From Moniliella sp. 'wahieum' (Eukaryota), in NCBI GenBank assembly GCA_003971905.1, contig RSEE01000011.1, forward strand, positions 124,001-188,000: a stretch of 64,000 nucleotides of DNA. Direction: 5' to 3'. A program made the translations under genes and the position numbers. Below the pieces are notes generated by a model. It did no database searches. It saw nothing but the letters and a program-made list of their open reading frames with translations, and was not told where the DNA came from. Numbering within the stretch: position 1 is the stretch's first letter; each line of letters opens with the position of its first letter. Below are positions 14,915 to 27,987 of the stretch, piece after piece.

Positions 14915-16783
14915 GGCGGGCAACCGAGCGGAGGCGAGGCGGGGAACACAACGGGCAGGTTGCTGGCGTCGGCCTGTAGTGGGGGGGGAGTCAAGCAGGC
15001 CAAGGCAACAATGCAGACGGGAGGATGCTCGCAGGGAGGTGAAGCGTGAAGGAAGGGGCCAGGTGCAGAGGAGGTGCTGGCCACTGGCCGAAGGGAGGCG
15101 GACGACAGCAGTGGTTTGCGTGGGGATTTGAGATGCGAGGACTGAGTGAGATATGGGTGCGCCTGTCCAAGCAGCCCAAGCGCTGCCGCGCTCACCACCC
15201 TCCGGCCGCACCCATGACGTGTGACTAGTGACTCGCTACGAGCGCCCGAGGCAGTGTGTGGCACGTGGGTGGGATGCAGCAGCGTCACCCGTCACTCGTG
15301 CCGGTCATTGGTGGGTGGAGGCACAACGCCAGTGTGGCGCAGATGCGCCCTCGCTAACCCTGCCGTTTCCGCCACGTGCCAGGAGGCGCTGTGGCGCCCC
15401 GGAGATAAGGGCGACGGAAGGCCACGGCGCTGGATGGGCCACACGCAAAAGGCCACGCAGTTGTCATGGGTTCACCCAAACGTTGCCATGCAACACCAGG
15501 AGGATGCATGATAATCGATAATCGATAGTCCCTGTCTTCCCCCGCCCCTCTCGTACTTCCTCACTGCCTGCGTCTCTCATACGCACTCTACAAATACACC
15601 CCTTGTCCACACTGTGTTGCCAACAACCTGCACCACAATCATATAGGGCCTGCCAAGAACATTAGTTGATGCATGATGCCGCCACCTATACTCTTTGGGG
15701 GGCATCCCTACAAGGTGGGCCAATCTCTGTTGGAAGCGAAGAGATTACGCGAGTGCTAGTTGTTGATAATGCGATAGCCCAGTGATCCCTTGCAGCAGCG
15801 TTTGTGGATACTGTTTGTACCTGAGCCATGTCAAGCGCATGGGCGCGTGAGAGCGTGCGCCATTGTCCACCTATGTACCAGACACCCTACTGTACCCCTT
15901 TTGATGGTCTCTCCTTGTGATGCATGCGATGCAAATAAACGGATGAACGTTGAGTACGTTGAACGTTGAACCGGCCAGTCATATGCTGCCCAAAGTCCCA
16001 CACTCGGCCCCATTACCGTTTACCCAGGTATTTTTGCTTTTCGCAGCTGCAAGTAAGAGAGCCACCCTCCATTTACCGTGATGCATGATGCATTATCGGC
16101 ATATCGATGATCAATATATCAATCGTCGATCATCGAGATCATCGAACATCCCTCTGATCCTGTTGAGGCTGAGGCCAAAGAACAGATGTGGTGCAGTAGG
16201 TCCAGTGCCTGTGGGGCTGTGCGCAGCGCAGCGAAGAGCGCGGATCCTCATTGGCCGGAAGGCCCACGGCGGCAACCGACGACGCGCTCGGGTGCCTGCT
16301 TGGGTTATGAAAGAGGCGCCGGAGATTGCCCTGAGGCTTTTGCCTGAGGGTCTGAGGATCTGAGATCTGATGCATGAGGCCTGAGGGGACGGATGATTGG
16401 TACACGGTGGCCAGTGGTGGGTGTGGCGGCCGGCGGTGGCTGAGGGGCTTGGTGCGGCTTACAATATTGGCAGTGTATCGGCGGGCCATACTGCATACCA
16501 GACCATGCACCATGCCAGTAGACCAGCCCACAGCCATCCAATGTCACACGGACAAATCACATGTCACAATCTCGCATGTCACATGCATGTCACATGACAT
16601 TGTCACAGACGCTGTCAGTCGTAACGAGTGACGCGTGACGCGTGGTGCATGATGCATGATCATCGACCATTCCGGCGCAATTTACCCCAGCAGGTCACGT
16701 GGGTGGCGCAACCCCGTTTCGAGTGGAACGACCGACCCGAAATTTGGTCGTTCTGCCCGTCAACTCCAGTCCAGTAGCAGATC

Positions 16784-17631
16784 ATGACAAAGGCCTCTGA
16801 CTCCTGACTTGGCGGCGGGCGGCAAGGGCAACACAGGTTCGACTCTACCCGACCCCGCCACCGCCATCCCATCCTCCTCCGCTAACCAAGGGGCCATTTG
16901 GGACAGAGTACATCTTCCCCGCCCACCGCGTCCCAGGAAGTGTTGTTGTGCCCGATCCACAGCTGTGCTGTGGCCTCCTTCCAGGGCAAGACTGGCTCAT
17001 TGACAACTACGACAGCTTCGCTTATCTCCCCCGTTCTGCTTCCGGCCAAACCACTATAACCCCCTCCTCCGTCTGGTTTCGTGCAGTACTTAACTGGTCT
17101 CGGGGCCGATGTCGTCGTCTTCCGCAACGACAAGGTCACGGTCGAGCAATTGGCACAGCTCGCGCCGCGCAAACCTGTGGTCATCATCAGTCCGGGTCTA
17201 GGCCACCCGCTGAAAGACAACAGTGGGGAGTCTATGCCGGCCATCCACCTGTTTGCAGGGGCCTGATTCCCGTTTTGGGGGTCTGCATGGGCCTGAAAAC
17301 GATGTAGGCCGCCTACTCGGGCGTGGTGGAGTGTGCGGGGGACATTGTGCATGGCAAAACGTCGTGTGGAGCATGATGGCAAAGGTCTCTGTATGCTGGA
17401 TTGGACATGGCTGGCGTGATCGGGACGCGCTACCATTCGCTCGCGGCCAACATCCATACCCTGCTCCCCCAGCTTGCTGTTACATCCAAGACCGCCTCGG
17501 GGGTGGTGATGGGCATCCAACACAGCCGCTGGGCCATGGAAGCCATCCAGTTCCACCCCGAGGGCATCCTCTCCCGCTTGGGCAAGGGCGTCATTGCCAA
17601 TTTCCTTTCCTGGACCTCGGCTTTGGCTTAG
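16784..17631 (+). CDS. Class I glutamine amidotransferase, anthranilate synthase component II (TrpG)-like, unfused
   Basis: LIDNYDSF, VVVFRNDKVTV, IISPGLGHP, LGVCMG (catalytic Cys), IVHGKTS, TRYHSL, MGIQH, IQFHPEG. Two intron-like segments. Stop at 17629-17631. Start tentative. Confidence 0.8.
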
Positions 17632-18134
17632 TATATTTTGACGGCCGTTTACACTCGTATTTGTCCGCACTAAGCTGGTGAGGCACAAACTCAAGGGAAT
17701 AGAATGACCACAACAACTAACTTGGAATGGAGTAAGGGTGAAAGGTTCTTAACCGCTGGAACAAGAGGACGGTGCCATACCACGAGTGAAGGGTGACAGA
17801 CGGGAGAACAACCAGAGAGGTACTAACCAGTTCGATGGAGCGGGGTTCTAATCGGAAAGCGAGGCAAGTACTGAGATGATTTTGAAACGCTAGTGACAGC
17901 ATGTACGATGCAGGGCAGAAATGAGAGCAATGGCTGGTAGGTACAAATGCGCTATATATTTAGCTGAACGCAAAGGCGTAACCACATACAGGGGCAGACA
18001 CAGGCCATAATGCAAACTCTTGAGCAACGAGCACAAATCGTACAGGGGAGGGTATAGGATGAAGAAATAAACCAAATAGAGAGAGCACAACCTCAACAAG
18101 GAGGAGTGCAGCGGGGAGGAGGGCAGCGGGATCC

Positions 18135-21100
18135 CTACTTTTTTCCCGTTCCCGACAAGGCTCGCGCAGCCCGACCAAACATGCCTGTCCTTATCTTTCG
18201 ATCGTGCTTTCCAGGCGGGGGCGCATCGCGGGACGGGGAAGGAGTGGAATCAGACGGTGCAGGGCCGGGGGGTGGAGTGGGGAGAGGAAGAGGAGGGGTA
18301 ACAGACCGTGGTCCGAGCGGGGTGAAAGCAAGAACAGAGGAAGCGGTGCTAGCAATGCTCGTCCTTGACTCTTCGACTCTCGTGCTCGACTCGGGGGGAA
18401 GGCGTCGAGTTCGGCCCCCCGCTCCCAGTACTGATAGAAGAGCCAACAGCGACGCCAGCACTCGGTTCTGCACCGCCTTGTCCCGTTCAATCTGGGCTTG
18501 AAGCGCCGCTTGCGGGACCCGCCCCGGCGGACCCACTGGCCGAGCAGATGGAATGGACGGAATGGGGTCCGTGCTTTCGTCAGCAGAATCCAACTCTGTC
18601 CAGGTGGTAGGCGGCTCGAGGGGAGGAAGGGGAGGTCCACCTCTGTAAGAGAGGACAGGGAGGGAGAGGTACGGCCAGAGCCCATCGTGCCCGCACGCGT
18701 GCGAATCCGTGTCCGAGGAGGGTATTGCCGTGATACACGGTGGGGAGAGGAGGTGACAGCATTTCGTAAACTGCTGGTCGAGTTAGTTAGGGCGAGAAGT
18801 AAGGCGACGAATTTCACTGAACCCACTCGTGTTGAGCAGGTCAGGCGAAGTGGCGCTAGACCTCAAGGTAGTCGACTCTGCGTACGAAGAATTGATGGCT
18901 CCATTGTCAAAGGACGAGTGACGGACAGGAAGATGCACAATGTCGGAGGACTGGGGAGTGTTGGGTCCAGAGACAGGCGAGACATGTGCTCTTTTATCTA
19001 GTAGGCGAAACCTACGAGTTGGACCAGTCAAACTGCTGCCATGAAAGGAGGGAAGGGCGAGGAACGTGGAGTAGGAACAGCCGTGGACGAGGTTGGGGGG
19101 GGCATGGCTGGAAGAGTGTGGCGGTGGCGGTGGCATAAGCATCAACGGATTGAAACTTAGGGGGAAGAAGCAAATGTCCGTTTAAGTTCGTCCAGCTTGT
19201 CCTCTATCAACTGCTTCACATCCACCCCATCCGTGGCGCGCGCAAGGAGGTCCTCCAGTACTGAGATGGTGCTTTGCGCCGATTGAAGGAAAAGTAACTC
19301 GTTGCCACGACGGCTCGCCCAGGGCTGGGTTGGCTGGGTCAAGTTCAAAGGAGGACCAATCTCCTCATGGGGACGGACAGACCACATGATTAGTAAGGAG
19401 GGCAGGCATGCTCGATGACGAGGTTAGAAGAGAAGCGTGAGCAGCTGCAGTGGATAGCCGATTTGGACGGGTCTTAGACTGTAAATTCTCAAGTATAGCA
19501 CGTTTCTTGACCATGCGCGTGCCACCCTGTCCATCACGTGGAGCTAAGTCGTTAAGAGAATATCGCCTCGGACGCGCACGGGAGGCTGCGCGATATCCCC
19601 ACGGAATGGTTCGAGATGGAAGGGCACTGCCGGTACCAGGAGGCTCAAGCGTAGATGTGGAACAAAGCCTTTCTTGAGCGAGGCGGTCCACTGGCCCTTC
19701 CACCCTTGCAGGGTCACTCGTTGGTTCGTCCTCCCAATCCGACTTGGGCAGCTGCGCTTCGTCTTGCTGCTCGACGGTCTGGGTTGAGAGGCCAGTAGAT
19801 GAGAGCGCGTCGCTGCGTCCCGAAGCACGGGAGCGCACACAGTGGCCTTCCCCTGACAACGTCTCATCAGCCATGCGGTGCGGGTTCGAATACGACCGAC
19901 GCGTTGAGTGCGCAGAGAGCGACTCCGGGCCGGCACCGACGGTGACGCCGGAGGTGAGAGAGCTGATTTCAAAGGATCCGGGGTAAGACTCATGCGTACT
20001 GTGGGGGTACTGAGCAATGCCGCGTCGAAAGTAGAACCGTCCTCCTTCTCAAGGGTGGGGAAGCCACGTCCTTGCACAGTGCGCGTTTCGAGGAGGAAGC
20101 GGCGAACTAGCTAAAAGAGGTGAAGTAGGGCCTGCAGCAGAATCAGGCAGTGATTCCTGGGCATCGACGAATGGCAGATCGATCGAGTCGGAGCTGGAAC
20201 GGTGACGGGAAGGGTTATGGAGTTCCCGGAATTTGCCAGCCAGTTTCGACGAGGTCTGGCCAAGCGCCGTGCCGGTTCCTTCCACCGAGGCCCGGCGGAA
20301 AAGGCGAGGTGATTTGGCGACAGGAGAGACAGAGGGGGGTGCTGGAGAAGGCGGATTACTCTGCAAACCCCGAAATGGATGCAGTTCATCGCCTCAAGGT
20401 GCGAAGATTGGTGTGAGTCAGGGGATAGGGGAGATGTACTGGATAACCCTGCACTCCCAGGAGCCGATCTAGTAGTGGCCATCGAGACGGAGACGTCCAA
20501 ATGCGTATCCAAGGTGGTGGAACTGGGGGAGTTATTGGGTGCAGTACCCAGTGTCAGGCTGATGGGAAGCGGCAGGGGTTCAAGGCCTCGTATCCTTCGA
20601 GACGAATCCAGTGCGGTAAAAAGTGGCGCATATGGCTCCATATTGATCAAGGCAGTGGCAAGGTCCTGGACACTCACCATCTCGGCTCCCATAGCATCGT
20701 TATCAGACTCGCCCGAGTCGTCGGAATCAGAGAGAGCTGCTAAGATGGGTGGGGAGGCGAGCTCGGAACGAAGGAGGGTATGCTCGGTCATGGTCTCACC
20801 CACGGCATTGAGAACCGCTTCGGCCAGAGCCTGAAGCACGGCCGATAGTAGACACTTGTTTGCGGAGTGAGCTGGACAAACATGTGGGGAGCTGAGCCGA
20901 TGGGGATGCGCGTGTCGGCCGGTGGGGCAGGTGGATCGGAGGGGCCGGGCTGCGAGGGGTTGCGTGAGCGACCGCGGAGGGAGCAGTAATAGTAGGCATG
21001 TTGACGCAGCTGCACATCGGCGAGGAAACACAGATGGGTCAGCAGGGGGAGGCAAGCGACAGGCTCCAACGCACCTGCACAAAAGCAGCGACCGTGGGAA

Positions 21101-21617
21101 ATGTCTCGGCGCCATCCCACCGGCTCAAGGCGGCCAGGCCCAGTGGAGCGACACGGCGGGTGGTACGCAGGTGGGTCTCATGGGCTTTGATGGCCATCTC
21201 CGCATCGGTGAGGACCTCGCGCGCAAAGGCAGCGACGGCGGCGGAGGGGAGCCCGGTGACATGCGGAGGCGCGTTGCGGAGGAGAGGCACGAGCGCATGA
21301 GCACGAAGGCGGTCGTGATGGAGAGAGCGGGCGCCGAGGAGGATACGGAGGAGGACCTCGTCGAGCAGCTGGTGCAGCGCGGCCAGGGCATCGGGGGAGA
21401 GGCGCACGCGCCGACCAGCGGCATGGGAGGCGACGCGGGCAGCGTGGGCGGCAGGGACGAAGGCGGGGGCGGGCGGAAGGGTGGGCGGGAGGCGCGGGAG
21501 GGCGACAGGGCGAGGCGGGGGGCGGCGGGCAGGCGCGGCGGCAGCGGCGGGGGGCGCGGCACTGCAGGAGCGCGGCGGCGGGGGCGCGCTGGGCGCACGG
21601 GGGGCGCCGCGCAGCAT
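18135..21617 (-). CDS. Fungal hypothetical protein with helical, possibly histone-fold-like, N-terminal region and long Ser/Pro-rich tail
   Basis: Chain of long minus-strand ORFs. Helical segments LSPDALAALHQLLDEVLLRILLGARSL, EVLTDAEMAIKAH, LSAVLQALAEAVL, VSVQDLATAL. The family assignment is inferred from pattern only. Confidence 0.55.
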
Positions 21618-21949
21618 GCAGGGGAAGGCGGCCGCTCCCAGCCGACGCAGCCTAGCCGGTGGTGGTGCAGGGGGGCAGGTGGTGCAAGGGGGCAGGGCGC
21701 AGGGCAAGGTGGCGCAGGGCAAGGTGGCGCAGGGGGGCGCACGTGCATGGTTATCATGTGATGTGCAGGTGACGAGTCAGTGATGCATGCGTGATGCGCT
21801 GAGCCTCACCACGGAGCCAGGACTCCCGCATTCCGCCCGGCTCTCTGGTTCCGCCGCGTGGTTCCATTTCCATCGGCATCTACAACCATTTCGGCCAACC
21901 GTGCCAGCCCCTCCCTTTGCCACCACCACCACCTCCTCCTCCACCCGTC

Positions 21950-22974
21950 ATGTCCTCCGACAGCGATACCCCTTACAGTCCAAACCTTGACGAGCCTCCC
22001 CTCCCCGCTCTCCTTCCGACCGGCTCTGACAGCCCGTCCAGCGCGCCCGCATCCCCGCCCCCCGCTCCCCTCCCGCGGCGGCCGAGGCCCAGGCGTCGAT
22101 CGAGCCGCTGGCGCAGCAAGCCCTGCGCCAGGACTTTCACCACGACGTCTTTAGCTTTGAACCACACGTCAAACAAAACCTAGGCATAAAATTGGACCAC
22201 GAAGCTACGCTCTGTCCCACTTTCCTCGCCACCGGCACCTGTCCGCTCAGACGCAACTGTCCCCTGCGCCACGTTCCGCGCTTTGTCCCTCCCCCATCAG
22301 CCCAACACTCCTCCACCCGAGATGGTATGAAGCGGACAGTGTGCAAGCATTGGTTGCGTGGCCTCTGCAAAAAGGGTGACTCGTGCGACTACTTGCACGA
22401 GTACGATATGCGCACCATGCCCGAATGTCGCTTTTTTGCCACGTTTGGCTTTTGTGACCTGTCCAACGGCTCTGAACGCGAATGCCTCTACCTTCACCGC
22501 GATCCCAAAACCAAGCGACGCGAATGCGAGGAATACAACCGGGGTTCTGTCCGCGCGGACCGACCTGCACCAAGAAACACATTCGTCGTGTCCTCTGTCC
22601 CCGCTACGTGGCTGGCTTTTGCCCTTTGGGACCCCAGTGCGTCTATGGCCACCCCAAATCCACCCCCCACCGCCCAGGACCGAAGGAATTCGTTGGTCCA
22701 AACCGTCAGGCCTTTGACACCTGCCGAGGCATTTGCTCCGCCCCCTCACCTGGCCGCTCGTGGGGTACGCGCCCCAGGCGGGGACTGGGCTGCTGCCGGA
22801 CGCGACCCCGGTGCCGGGGGACGACGAGTATCGTTCCTTCCGCGGGGCATGCGTGGTCGTGGCCGAGGCCGCGGACGCGGTCGCGGTGCTGGCCCAGGAT
22901 TCCGCTCCTACAACGACCGCGACGGAGGGTTTGCCCCGCCTATGGGCATGATTCCCAACCGGCCGCAATGGTAA
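21950..22974 (+). CDS. YTH1: mRNA 3'-end processing CCCH zinc-finger protein Yth1/CPSF30
   Basis: Tandem CCCH fingers including VCKHWLRGLCKKGDSCDYLHEYDMRTMPEC, ECLYLH, GFCPRGPTCTKKH, CPRYVAGFCPLGPQCVYGHPK, then an RGG tail. The 3' end is uncertain. Confidence 0.93.
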
Positions 22975-23264
22975 CTGATGTTGTCCGCTCTCCCCTCTGT
23001 ATCCCTGGTTCGTACCACTACCGCAAAGATCTACAACGAATATTAATGTTGGCCGCATACCAAATTTGATTGGGAAGACCAATTATCCTATTTGGAGAAT
23101 GGTTGCAGGAGGTGCATAGATAGGCAAAGCCAACGTACGAGCGAAACTAGACGTTGGTGCTTTGTGGACCGCCCCCAGGCACAGTCATACGTAGCTAGAC
23201 AGGATATAATAGGAAAAAGAGAAACGGGCAGAGAGAAGGGGAGAAAGAAGCCTGTAGAAGGATC

Positions 23265-25686
23265 CTAGGCGTTGTTGTGCGCATGAAGTGCCTGGTTAGC
23301 CCGATCCAGCTCGGCCGAGGAGGGACCAGGACCGAGGCGAGCCATGGCTGCGGCACGGGAGGCCGAAGGGGTGGAGGTACCCGAGCGCGAGGAGATGGTG
23401 CCACGGCGAGAGTGCGGCTTGACCGCCAGCGGGAACCGGAACCGTTCCTCGTCCGGATCCTCATCAGATGGGTGAGCCAACGACCGCCAGAAGTCCGTAT
23501 GCGCCGAGGTAGTGGAACCTGCGTCACTGGCGCCCGACATGTGGGTCCGGGCGAACGAGTCGGTCAACGTGCCAAAGTCGCCCGGCGTGCGCAGCCCTGA
23601 GAATCGCGGAGAGAAGCGGGCACGCTGATAGAAAGCCGCAGGCGGCGGTCGGCCAGGTCTTGCGAGGGATCAATCTGGTATCCCTCACCATCGTCCTCCC
23701 CAAGAGCAAACAGATCATCGTCGTCATCGTCAAAGCTGTCTGGGTAAGCTCGGCGCAGCGCGAGTTGGCGGGCCTGGCATACTCCAGCCCAACTTGTTCC
23801 AGTCGAGCAGCTCCGACAGACGCTCGGTGCGGTTGCGCTGGTTGATCCGCTGCCGCCGCGTCTTTGACACGAACGACTCCATCTGACTCGTCAGCATATT
23901 CACCGAGTCAAACACCCTTGGTTCGACGGTCGACAATGTAGATTCCGTAATCTTCCGCATCCTCAATCATGTCTTCCATGAAGCAACCAAAGCCAGACAA
24001 GTTGGTCGAGATGCTGGGAATGCCCATAACAGTGCACTCTGCCGGGGTGTATCCCCAGGGTTCGTAATACGAGGGGAAGACGCCCAGGTGGCAGCCCCGG
24101 ACAAAGTCTTCATAGTCCATACCAAGAATGGGGTTGTTGGCATTCAGGAATTCTGGATGGAAGATGATCTTCCGGTCCTCGGGGCGGTTGAAGAGCTGTA
24201 CGCGGCGAATATGGTTAAGAATCGGGTCCTTCGCATCATCAGCCATGTTGTGAGTCACCACAGGAGGGAAAGTCTGGCGACGCATCGCGAACAGCCTACG
24301 CTTGAGGGCAATCTTGTCTTTCTCGTCCAGCAACGCCTCCGGATCAATGTTCTCCAAGCTGGCTGAATCAGCCCCAGCTGAACGAGCGGTACGCTCGAGG
24401 AGGCGTTGGCCCACCCGCGCACTGATCTGGTCAACTGTATCCTTGAGCGCCTTGGTAACCGCCTGGCCCTTGAGCGCCTCCATTGTGTAGCTCGTCGTGG
24501 CAGCAGGCATGATGATAAACGCCACCACTGTCTTCTTCGACCCAGAGTTCTTGAGCCGCCCGTTGAGCCGCGCAAGCGATTCAATAAACATATCAACACC
24601 CTTGTTGCGGAACTCATACCGACCCGCCGTAAACATAAAGATAGTGTTATCAAGATCAAAGTCGTAGTGACCGTAAAAATGTCCTCGCACAAACTCGTTG
24701 ATCTTGGCCTTCGACACGGCGTGAAGGTTCTGGAACTCGTGCACGGCCGAGAACTTGACAACATTGAGACCATTGGGCAAAACGCCATCGGGGCGGCGCT
24801 TGAGCAGGTGCTCAGATTCATATGCCGTAATGTGGGAAACGGTGGTAAACACGTCAGCGCAATGGGCAGCCGAACGTTCGATGCAGTAACGATGGTAAAT
24901 ACCGCGCTTTCCCGCCTCGGCATCAACGTCAAAGTGTTGAAGATTGTTGTAAAAGTCCACGTCACCGGCACACAAGTACCGGCCCAAGAGGGTAGCGTGG
25001 GTCGTGAAAATGGTCGTCACGTCCAGGCGCCGCTTGCGGATCAATGGGATAGCCAAGCCGGCCTGCCATTCGTGGAAGTGGGCAATGATGGCATGCTCAC
25101 GCTGGTGGAAGGCGTACTCTCCGAGGAACCATGCAGTGAGATATCCCAACAGCAGCGTGTCGTTGGTCTCGGTATCGTTTTGGGGCGTCGGGATCTGTGC
25201 GGTCTCCCAAAGATCCTTCTTCCATTCGTCCAAGCGGCTCGAGACAGAGCCAAGGTCAAAGAGCAGAACTTGAGGGGAACGCTCAATCAGCCATCGGCCA
25301 TGGAGAAGGTTCACACCCTGGGACCGCATGGCCTCCAGCGTCGCCTTCATCGCCGGGTCACTCGGTTCGGCCTCCTCAACCTCCATGCGAGCGTTTTTGT
25401 ACGACAAGGGACCGAGAAGGGTGTAGTTGTTGCCATACTCTTGTTCAGTAATGGGAGCCTTGGTCTTGATGACAGTGTAGATTCCGCCAACTGAGAGCAC
25501 AGTGGGGTCAGTAAGCCGCCGAGAGGCAGGCGAACGGGGAAAGGAGGCGGAGAGGCACAGCTGTGGCTTAAGCCTCCGGCAGGACGCACCTTTGTTGGCA
25601 ACCTCCCAGGCACATTCAAAGAGAATGGGCGAGTGCACATCGCGCACGGCAAGTGCTTTTCCATTGGGAGAAGAGGGGTTGGAGAT
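23265..25686 (-). CDS. GSY1: Glycogen synthase
   Basis: [24 protein letters not shown] (split by an intron), [81 protein letters not shown]. Confidence 0.97.
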
Positions 25687-27987
25687 GGAGAGGGGGGGGG
25701 GGTGGTGGTGGAAGGGAAAGCACGGAGTGCGGGCCGGCAGTCGCTGAACTTGTTGGATTCGCGGCTGTCGTGCTCGGCTGCACAACCACTAGGCCGACTG
25801 CCAACAGCACAGCACTGGCGCCGTGCCTTCCCCACAAATCTGCCGAGCCGACACTGTCAGGATGTCAGGTGCCAGGGCGGCTGGCGCCGTGCGGCCGGCC
25901 GGAGGCATCGCTGCAATGCTGCACTGGGCGAAAGCGAAGCTGGATTGAGGCGCAGGGCGCCAGTGCCGCCCGTGCCTGGATGCGCTGCGCTGGTGTGCTG
26001 CTTCCGCTGAGCGCTGAGCCAGGGCCTGCCGGGGCAGCCGGGGGAGCTCCCTGGCGCTCCTCCGCACTGGGCCGAGTTGGCGATGCACGTGCCAAGTACG
26101 TTTGTGGGGCAAAAACAGGCGACGGCAGAGCGGATCAACGTCAACCACGTTAAACGGCAGCTGGCGTTTGTGGAGTGATGGGTGGTCCATCCTGTTCTGC
26201 CTCCAAGCTCCATCGACCATCGCCGCCCCACTCGAACTCCATGCTAGCTCTCTCGCCACACTTGCCTTGCCCCAGTTGGCCCAGTTTGGGGTTTTGCACA
26301 TGCGTGTGCCGCAGCCGGTCGCAACCCCAGTCGCAAACACATGCGGCCGCTTGGGGATGTGTGATGCCGACGAGATGTATGACGCGTGACGCGTGATGCA
26401 TGAAGTTAGAGCGGCCCCGCCTGGAATCTAAAGTGTCTCAGCAGGCCCGCCAGTGGCCCGCGTCGGGGTAGAGAGGAGCGCTAATTGCTAGCTGCTGGGG
26501 ACTCTCTCGGTTCTCGAACCGCATGCTCATAGGGGGTGTGGCAAACTGCGGGGTACCAGCGGGCACCTGGCTACCGTCCCCCAACCACTTCCCCAGCTGC
26601 GCCCTCGTGCCCAGGTCCCAGCTCAGAAACAGGAGGGCAGCAAATGCGATCATTCGATCATCAATCATTAAACACTGCTGCAGAGCACATGTGGACAACC
26701 ATATATCCGCGAGTGGGTATATCTCCATCCCTATATATCACAGGGTGCCCCAGGTGCACCCCCCCCCCCCGCCCCCACACCGATGCACACAGATCACCAC
26801 CCCACCGACACACTCACCTATATGTGCGCCCACTAGGTATTGACCACAAATGGTCCAGAGCCCTCCGTCGGCCTGCAAGCTTCAGTGACTGGTGACTAAC
26901 AATGACACGTGATATGGCCCGATGATACACACTGTCCATCTCTGGGCAGTGTGTCCCCGACTTGCCACGAGCTTCCACTGGCCTCCGAGCCCGGAGCCTA
27001 TCAATATATCACAGCCCATAGGTCCAGCGTTCCGTACCTCTGGAATACCATCTCCATTCCATATTCCCCCTCGCCAGGATCGCTAGCAACCGACTACCCC
27101 TGTACACGTGACATGGCCATCTGTTCTTCTTCCAATAGAACTGCGGCCAGCACGAAACCCCCCAAGCACATATTTACTTGCGGGAAACAGTAATAAACGC
27201 TCAACGTTCAACGTTCGACCACTTCCTCTTCTCTATACACCATCATGCATCACATTCGTCACGTATACGAAAGTAAGCATGGCGGTTGTATACACAGTGA
27301 GATTCGGACTCAACGGAGTGCTGACTACTAGTTACTGACCTCAGGCTTGTGGCAGCCTGAGTTGAACACGTTGAACGTTGATGCATAAGGCCTAAGGCCT
27401 AAGGCATGACGAGCGCGTCAGCCCAGCTGTCCATCCCTCTTTTGTGCCAGTAACCCTCGCGTCCGCACGTCCAAATGAGACGAGAGGTGCATGCTCGACA
27501 GATTCTACTCAGTACTCAGTACTCACAGTCGAAGATATATGTTCACACGGCCTTTCGGCGACCTCACGAGATCGAATGGACAAAGGAAACAAGGATGGGT
27601 AAAGATAGTAAAAATAGGCACCAAGATGAAGAAAGCAAAACATCATCACACATGAAAAGGTGGATCGGTCAGATCGATCGGGAATAATGAGAGTGTAGTG
27701 GAAACATCCCTATTCAAATGCCACACCCTCAAAGGAGAGGTAGGCAAGAGGGAAATGTATGCAGAAGTGGAAGGGTATCAGGACCGCTTGCGGAACGGCT
27801 GAGGTAGAGAATGTGTGGCCGCTCGACAGGGACAAGTGACAAAACACACTTGCCTGCTGAGTGGCGAGAAAAAACAAGAAGATGAAATGTACGGGGAGAC
27901 AGAACTAAGGGCTCTGGTCCTTAGAAGAAGATACAGGCAGTGCGTCTCCTGCAACAATGGCAATGGCAGGGTCGGTCGGAGGTGTGT

